64,000 nt of DNA from Diplonema japonicum (Eukaryota; Protista; Euglenozoa: Diplonemea): NCBI GenBank assembly GCA_964019335.1, contig OZ025663.1, positions 248,001 through 312,000 of the forward strand, in the 5' to 3' direction. The stretch's first letter is position 1; each line of letters opens with the position of its first letter. The notes beneath the pieces are model-generated. The model made no database searches and was not told the DNA's origin. It was given only the letters and a program-made list of their open reading frames with translations. Below, piece by piece: positions 58,373-64,000 of this stretch. Made by a program: the position numbers and the translations under genes.

Positions 58373-59842
58373 ATGTGGAATGGAGTCGATAATGTGGTTC
58401 TTACCAAGAGAGAGCGGCTGCGAGCGGAGGAGGTGTACAACAGATGCGAAGGCATGATAGGAAAAGAGAAGATATCGAGGGAGCTTGCGAAGGTGGGCGA
58501 GTGGATCTCAGGGAACGAGCTGAACGACCTTTTGTCAAGCGTTGGGTACGACAGCAACATGCATTCATGCCTGGACCCGAAGCAGTGGCTGGAGGTGTTG
58601 CGAACGTTGAAGAAACACTACTGCATGACAACACTGCAACCTGACAGAGACTCTGTGGAAGCGTTCACATCACTAGGCGGGGCGTCCGACAAAGAAGGGC
58701 ACATCACGCTGGGGAAGCTGCGCGAGGTTGTAGAGACATTCCGCCTGTGTGTAGACACTGATAAACTCATCGAGAACTTAGATGATGGGGATAAAGACGG
58801 AATGTTATCCTTCGCAGAGTTTGACAAGCTTCTTAAAGACCCTGACAAGCCACGCCCGTCGTTCGTTGCGTGTAAAGGATCGCCCATCAGCCTTCTGCGC
58901 GCTTCCTCTGTAAAATGCTCCGCCAGATCCAGGGAGTGCATGCCCCCGCCTCCCCATGGCTCACCCAAAAGTCTCGACACCATCCTCCACGACATCCAGT
59001 CAAAGAAGTCTGCGCAACCCATGCCCTCCGCTGTCTCCCCCGTCAAGGAACCCCTCCGCCCGTACCATAAATACGGCAACAACTATAAGTCGCCGTACCA
59101 AAGTCGTAGTTACCGCCCTCATAAAGCACCTCCTGTGCAGTCAAAAGTGTTTGTGAGCCCTTCAGCTTCTGTATATGACAGGCTGACTGAGTCGCATCGA
59201 TATCACCCGCACGAGGTGCTCAAAGCACTCCGGAAATGCTTGAACAAATTGGAACATGAAAGGCCTGAAACTGACTGGTCTGCAAGCAGAAGTTTGGACA
59301 AGTTGGGACAGAGCGAGAACTGGTTCTTGAGGGAACCTGAGAAGACGATGTCGTCACAGGGGCAGAGTGGGGAGGTAAATGAGTCTGACTGGGTAGAGGT
59401 CGAAGGTGGAGTGATGGGGAACAGCAGCAGATCTATCAGGCAAATGAAAGCAAGACAAAGAAAGGAGCGACCAGTCTCGGCAAAAGTAAACGGGTCACGG
59501 CCAGCACATTATACTGTTGTGACGGCTGGTGCTAAAAAGAGACCTTTGTCGGCACCGCTGCGTTCCCAGTTCAAACACACAGATCTTATCAAGGCACTCC
59601 AGCAGCAGCAGCATGAAGCTGCTGCAGCTGCATGGAACCCAGGTCTCTCTTGTTCCAATGCTTCGCCCCCTGCTGCCGTCGTCGTGTGTCTAATTATTGT
59701 TTTAGAGGCTTTCCTCAACCCGATTCTTAGCCATGTCACTGTCAACAAGTTGCACGACATTGCACGGTCCTACTCTATCCCAAGGAGTTCTGTGCCACTG
59801 GCACAGCGCGATCTCGTTGCGCTGAGAATACCGGTGAAGTAG
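58373..59842 (+). CDS. EF-hand protein (possible in-frame intron 59643-59705)
   Basis: DGDKDGMLSFAEF loop plus degenerate EF-hands. Confidence 0.75.
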   Translation: MWNGVDNVVLTKRERLRAEEVYNRCEGMIGKEKISRELAKVGEWISGNELNDLLSSVGYDSNMHSCLDPKQWLEVLRTLKKHYCMTTLQPDRDSVEAFTSLGGASDKEGHITLGKLREVVETFRLCVDTDKLIENLDDGDKDGMLSFAEFDKLLKDPDKPRPSFVACKGSPISLLRASSVKCSARSRECMPPPPHGSPKSLDTILHDIQSKKSAQPMPSAVSPVKEPLRPYHKYGNNYKSPYQSRSYRPHKAPPVQSKVFVSPSASVYDRLTESHRYHPHEVLKALRKCLNKLEHERPETDWSASRSLDKLGQSENWFLREPEKTMSSQGQSGEVNESDWVEVEGGVMGNSSRSIRQMKARQRKERPVSAKVNGSRPAHYTVVTAGAKKRPLSAPLRSQFKHTDLIKALQQQQHEAAAAAWNPGLSCSNASPPAAVVVCLIIVLEAFLNPILSHVTVNKLHDIARSYSIPRSSVPLAQRDLVALRIPVK

Positions 59843-59973
59843 CATTTCTTTTATCTTCATCTTCTTCCTTTTTTTTTTTTTTTTGCTTTCGCAAAAACAA
59901 CAACAAAAAAGCCATATTTTCCCTCCTTTTTCGCTCTCGCTTGCACCTGTCATGATATCTAACCAGGGCTCAG

Positions 59974-61275
59974 ATGATCGACGCTAAATATGTGAAGCTG
60001 TACTTGCTGGTAAAGGGGTACACGGGGGTCCCGTCAGAGGACAACGAGGTTGTGGTTCGCGCCCAGTACGCTGGAGAAGCCGGCGAAACATCAGGGAAAA
60101 GGGGCAGAGCAGCAGCGTGGAATTGGGAAGAGGGTGGTATGCTGTTTGAAATGGACACCGACCAAGGGCTTGGAACTGCAAAGCTAAGCTTATTGTTCAA
60201 TAGCTACGTGGTCGGGGTGGTGGAAATTCCACTGAGGGCCGACATGCATCAGCGGAAAGAGACGCTGATCAGCCTACCTGTCGAAGGCGTAGAGATCAAA
60301 ATAGAATTAGAACTGGAGCTCCTTACACAGGTTTCATATCAAGCCCTCTCAATATTAAACCGGCGTCGGGGCATCCGTCGTGCTATGAGCAGCATAACAG
60401 AGACAAGAAATTCCTCCCCGTCTAATCTGGAGCACAAAATCCTACAGCTGGAGGAAATGCAAAACTCCATCCTGTTCGATTTGAAGGTGAACCAAGATTC
60501 CGTGGCGAAAATATCCGACACTTTAGAAAGCAAGCTGGCAACAATCGCAAACATCAACGACGACCTACAGAGAAACAGCAGGGAAACAACAGACATGCTG
60601 GTACAAATACAGTCAGGCGCCACATCCCGCAAAGTTCTGTCCGACAAAATGGAGAAGGTTGTAAGTGATATAGGAAATTTGAAGCAACAGATAATGAGGC
60701 TGAATGACACAACCCAGATGTATGAGAAGCACCATGAGACGGAGTTTGCCGGGATCCATGAGGAAGTTCGTTCGATTTCACGTCAGTTAGATGAGGCTGA
60801 CAAGAGAACTGTGTCAGTTGCTGCGAAAATAGATTTTATAGAGCAGGAGTTGGAGAAGGTAACCATGGCGACTGGGCATGGGAACGACGGGGGGCAGAGT
60901 AGAGGGTACGATGGGTTGCTGGCATTGACAGTCGCGCTGCCATATCTTGTCAAAGGTGCTTACGCTCCGTTGTTCTTGATGTGGGAGTCGTTGACATCGT
61001 TGAGCCTTATCAGCTGGATGCTTGTCATCTTTGGCCTTCTCGACCCTCCAGCGGAGCCGCATACTCCAACCAGCCCAGATGCCGCTCCCATGACCCCAGA
61101 CCCGCAACCCATATCACTCCCTGGCCTCTCCCTCCCCTCCGCTGAGGTCGATTACCATGAAGATGACCATAGCGATGGGTCGTCCTCGTACTCGCCCAGC
61201 CCGGACGACAGACAGACGCTCCTAGACAACCTTGATATGTTTGGCGGACTTGGGGACCGCAAGAGCGGGGAATAG
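59974..61275 (+). CDS. Hypothetical protein: C2-like N-terminus, coiled coil, C-terminal hydrophobic segment
   Basis: 433-aa ORF with a heptad-rich middle and a hydrophobic region near residues 315-355. Confidence 0.7.
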   Translation: MIDAKYVKLYLLVKGYTGVPSEDNEVVVRAQYAGEAGETSGKRGRAAAWNWEEGGMLFEMDTDQGLGTAKLSLLFNSYVVGVVEIPLRADMHQRKETLISLPVEGVEIKIELELELLTQVSYQALSILNRRRGIRRAMSSITETRNSSPSNLEHKILQLEEMQNSILFDLKVNQDSVAKISDTLESKLATIANINDDLQRNSRETTDMLVQIQSGATSRKVLSDKMEKVVSDIGNLKQQIMRLNDTTQMYEKHHETEFAGIHEEVRSISRQLDEADKRTVSVAAKIDFIEQELEKVTMATGHGNDGGQSRGYDGLLALTVALPYLVKGAYAPLFLMWESLTSLSLISWMLVIFGLLDPPAEPHTPTSPDAAPMTPDPQPISLPGLSLPSAEVDYHEDDHSDGSSSYSPSPDDRQTLLDNLDMFGGLGDRKSGE

Positions 61276-61388
61276 ATCTTTTGTTTAACACTTCTCCATA
61301 GCGGTGATCCCCCCCCCCCCCTTTCTTGCATTTTTTGAAAGATAGTTCATCAACGGGCAAAACATAAAAGAGCAGGGGAAGGGAGGGG

Positions 61389-62381
61389 ATGCGTGGGGCA
61401 CGATTCCGAACCGCATGGAGTATGAAAGGAGTTGCCGAGACAGAGTCGCTCAAACGGTTGGAATGGGTCATAAGGGACGCAGAGGGTCGTAGAACATGGA
61501 AGGGCAAAGTCTGCAGGCGTCGCGATATGGAAAAAATGCTGCAGGTTCTGGACGAGGAGCGGACAGCAGGCGAGGTGGGAGGGCACTGCTACGAGGTGGC
61601 GTCGAAGTTTATCGGAGTGTGCTGCAGGGATTTTCAAACGGCGTATGTAGTCATCGAGGAGTCGAAAGAAGCAGGGATACCCAGCACCGAGCGTATGGCG
61701 CTTGGCTTGCTTGAGTCAGCAGTGCTGTGCCGTGACAAGCCTGCCGCGCGAATCGATATAGCTTTCCAACTCGTGGAGAGCCTCTCCAAACTGTCGCCGG
61801 ATTTCTGCGAGAAATGCATGAAAATATGCAGAGACGCACGTGTGAACGGGGATGTTTTATTGGATGTGTTCATGAGAGCCTACGATGCGCGGGAACCAGA
61901 AGATGACGACATCGAGCCGCTTTGCATGTTAGTTGCAGGCGGGTTGACCCAGACCACGCAGATTACCTGGTTTAGAAAATGGCTGACAACACACCAAGTA
62001 CCCATTCACGAAGACATGGCAAGAGAATTTCTCGTATCGGCTGGGAAGGCAAGATCGGCGGCCGCTATTGCTGAGACCTACAACGAGCTTCTTCTCCCCA
62101 TCGTCAAAACCCCTTCTGAAATTGACTACCTGTACCTCTTCAGAGCGTACATCGCAGCAAAAAGCATCACCGGATTGGAAGCGACCCTCGACAACATCGA
62201 TCTCACCTCTGCACACATCTCTATCCACGCGTTGCGTGCTATGATAGCAGCCGCTACCCAGCTCCATGATGAGTTTGGGCTGCAGGTTCACGACTCTATC
62301 ATCTCCCGTCTTGAAGCAAAAAATCTTTCTCTAAAATGTACCAACAAAGTTGAATCTAAGTTGCCTGTATGGGTGTACTAG
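61389..62381 (+). CDS. Hypothetical helical-repeat (PPR-like) protein
   Basis: 330-aa helical ORF with PSEIDYLYLFRAY and ..ALRAMIAA-type repeats; Arg-rich N-terminus. Confidence 0.55.
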   Translation: MRGARFRTAWSMKGVAETESLKRLEWVIRDAEGRRTWKGKVCRRRDMEKMLQVLDEERTAGEVGGHCYEVASKFIGVCCRDFQTAYVVIEESKEAGIPSTERMALGLLESAVLCRDKPAARIDIAFQLVESLSKLSPDFCEKCMKICRDARVNGDVLLDVFMRAYDAREPEDDDIEPLCMLVAGGLTQTTQITWFRKWLTTHQVPIHEDMAREFLVSAGKARSAAAIAETYNELLLPIVKTPSEIDYLYLFRAYIAAKSITGLEATLDNIDLTSAHISIHALRAMIAAATQLHDEFGLQVHDSIISRLEAKNLSLKCTNKVESKLPVWVY

Positions 62382-62503
62382 TTTGCTTGTCCGAAGTTTT
62401 TTTTTTCCCCCTCGATGGCGGTCACAAAAAAAAAAAAAAAAAAAAAAAAAAAGGAAGGGGGTGGTTGAGCCCTTTTTTTTTTTGTACAATACACAATACA
62501 CAC

Positions 62504-62753
62504 ATGGAGAGAATGATGCAAGGAGAGCGAGTGGGATGTTCTGACAATAAACAAAGACTTAAGATATGCAGGAATTGGGAACGGCATGGGGCATGTCGGT
62601 TCGGGGTCAGATGTTGGTTTCAACATGGGGGCGGCGGCGGTGCAGGATCACAAAGATGGCGTGACGGGAACGGACTGTCTAGGGCACAGTGGGGCCAGAC
62701 ACAGATAAGTCAAGAAAGTGTCAACAACAATGATATCAGACAGCCGCAAGAGC

Positions 62754-62803
<50 letters not shown>

Positions 62804-63574
62804 AATAAACAAACGTTTTACCGACCGCCTCATTTGATGAACCACCAAAACCAGCCGCATCATTATGCCCAGCCGCAAATATTGCAACAGCAACAGCAGC
62901 ACCGTTGGGTGGCAGCACCGCCGCCGCCGCCGCCACCAGCTAATGCACACAATCCTTATGAGGCACCTATTTACCATGCGCAACCTGTACTGAGCATTAT
63001 GCAGTATCCGGCATACCATGCTCCTCCACACCCGGTTCACCAACATCAGCACCACCACCATCATCACCAGCACCAGGTGTCTTTGGAAGAAAATGAAATG
63101 TGGGGACAAAGAACATACCACATTTGTTACGGTAGACAAGAAGACGCTAGTGACGGCAGTATACCCGAAGGCCTGTTCAGATCGGACGGGGAGGTCACTG
63201 ATGACTACGAGGTGCTTCTTGAGCTCGATAAGCACAAGGTTCAGGTTGGTGTCTCTGATACCCAAATGGAACTGGAAATGGTTGGGATCGATGCGGGAGA
63301 CGTGTGTCTAAAGGGCGAGATGTGTTCGATTTGCCATGATACTTATGAGGAGGCTTGCGAGGAGGTGTCCCGTCTGCCGTGTTCTCATTTCTATCACAGT
63401 GCGTGCATTAAAACTTGGCTTCGCTGCAATACACGGTGCCCGGTGTGCAATTGGGATTCGTGGGCAGGCGGGAAGACCATCATAAATACCTCACCGGCAC
63501 GATCCCCGATCCTGAGCTCTTTTGACTATTTTGATGATGATGATGATGACGATGATCTTGATGAAGAATGGTGA
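62504..63574 (+). CDS. CCCH zinc finger + RING-H2 protein with Q/H/P low-complexity middle
   Basis: CRNWERHGACRFGVRCWFQH and CSICHD...LPCSHFYHSACIKTWL...CPVC. Confidence 0.88.
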
Positions 63575-63604
63575 AGCATTAACAAAAAAAAAAAAAAAAG
63601 AATG

Positions 63605-63636
<32 letters not shown>

Positions 63637-64000
63637 TTTCACTCGTGTTTCCTTCTCTTTGTTCCATACCCTCCCTACTTTTCCCCATCCCACCAACAAA
63701 GGGGGGGAAGCATTTCCCCACCTTCCACTCCGCCTTGTTCCATACCCATATGTATGCCTATTTTTTTTTCTCTTTTTTTTTCCTTTCATACATGTGAACC
63801 CCCCCCCCCCCCCCCCCCCCAGAAGAAATTTCAGGGAAAAAGCAAACAAAAATGGGGACGGCCTTCCCCCCCCCCTTTTTTTTGCGTTTACTTTTTTTTA
63901 ACATCTGCAATTTTGTCACTCGCAAACTTTGTCCCCCCCCCATTTTTCTTCTGGGGAAGAACTCATTATGTGTATGCTTGTATCACTGCTTATTTTTATC

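Overview
This is eukaryotic (protist) genomic DNA. About 30 protein-coding genes and one tRNA-Ile(AAT) all lie on the + strand. Spacers are full of long A/T/G/C homopolymer runs, and some are very short. The single-strand gene array, a dually acylated pseudo-calpain and short GT-AG introns suggest a euglenozoan, probably diplonemid-like (inference). Recognisable genes: L/F-tRNA-protein transferase-like, amidoligase-2, calpain-like protein, copine, GT23 fucosyltransferase-like, macro domain, ArfGAP, twin-CX9C protein, LRAT-domain protein, ALG9, NAD(P)-binding reductase, AP-3 mu, NDUFAF7/MidA, PITH domain, C2 protein, choice-of-anchor-B protein, EF-hand protein and a CCCH/RING protein. Four observations stand out. 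(1) A single ORF fuses two complete CbiX/SirB-type chelatase domains to an ATM1/ABCB7-type ABC half-transporter. (2) At least 14 tiny introns (38-80 nt) were found, and most have A-tracts instead of polypyrimidine tracts before the 3' AG. (3) Several non-autonomous elements share a Helentron/HINE-like architecture; one carries a captured repeat/transposon junction and one supplies a host gene's stop codon. (4) There are fragments of a non-LTR retrotransposon family with an unassigned C-terminal domain, plus a TIR DNA transposon remnant. All family assignments come from motif recognition by eye; no database searches were run.
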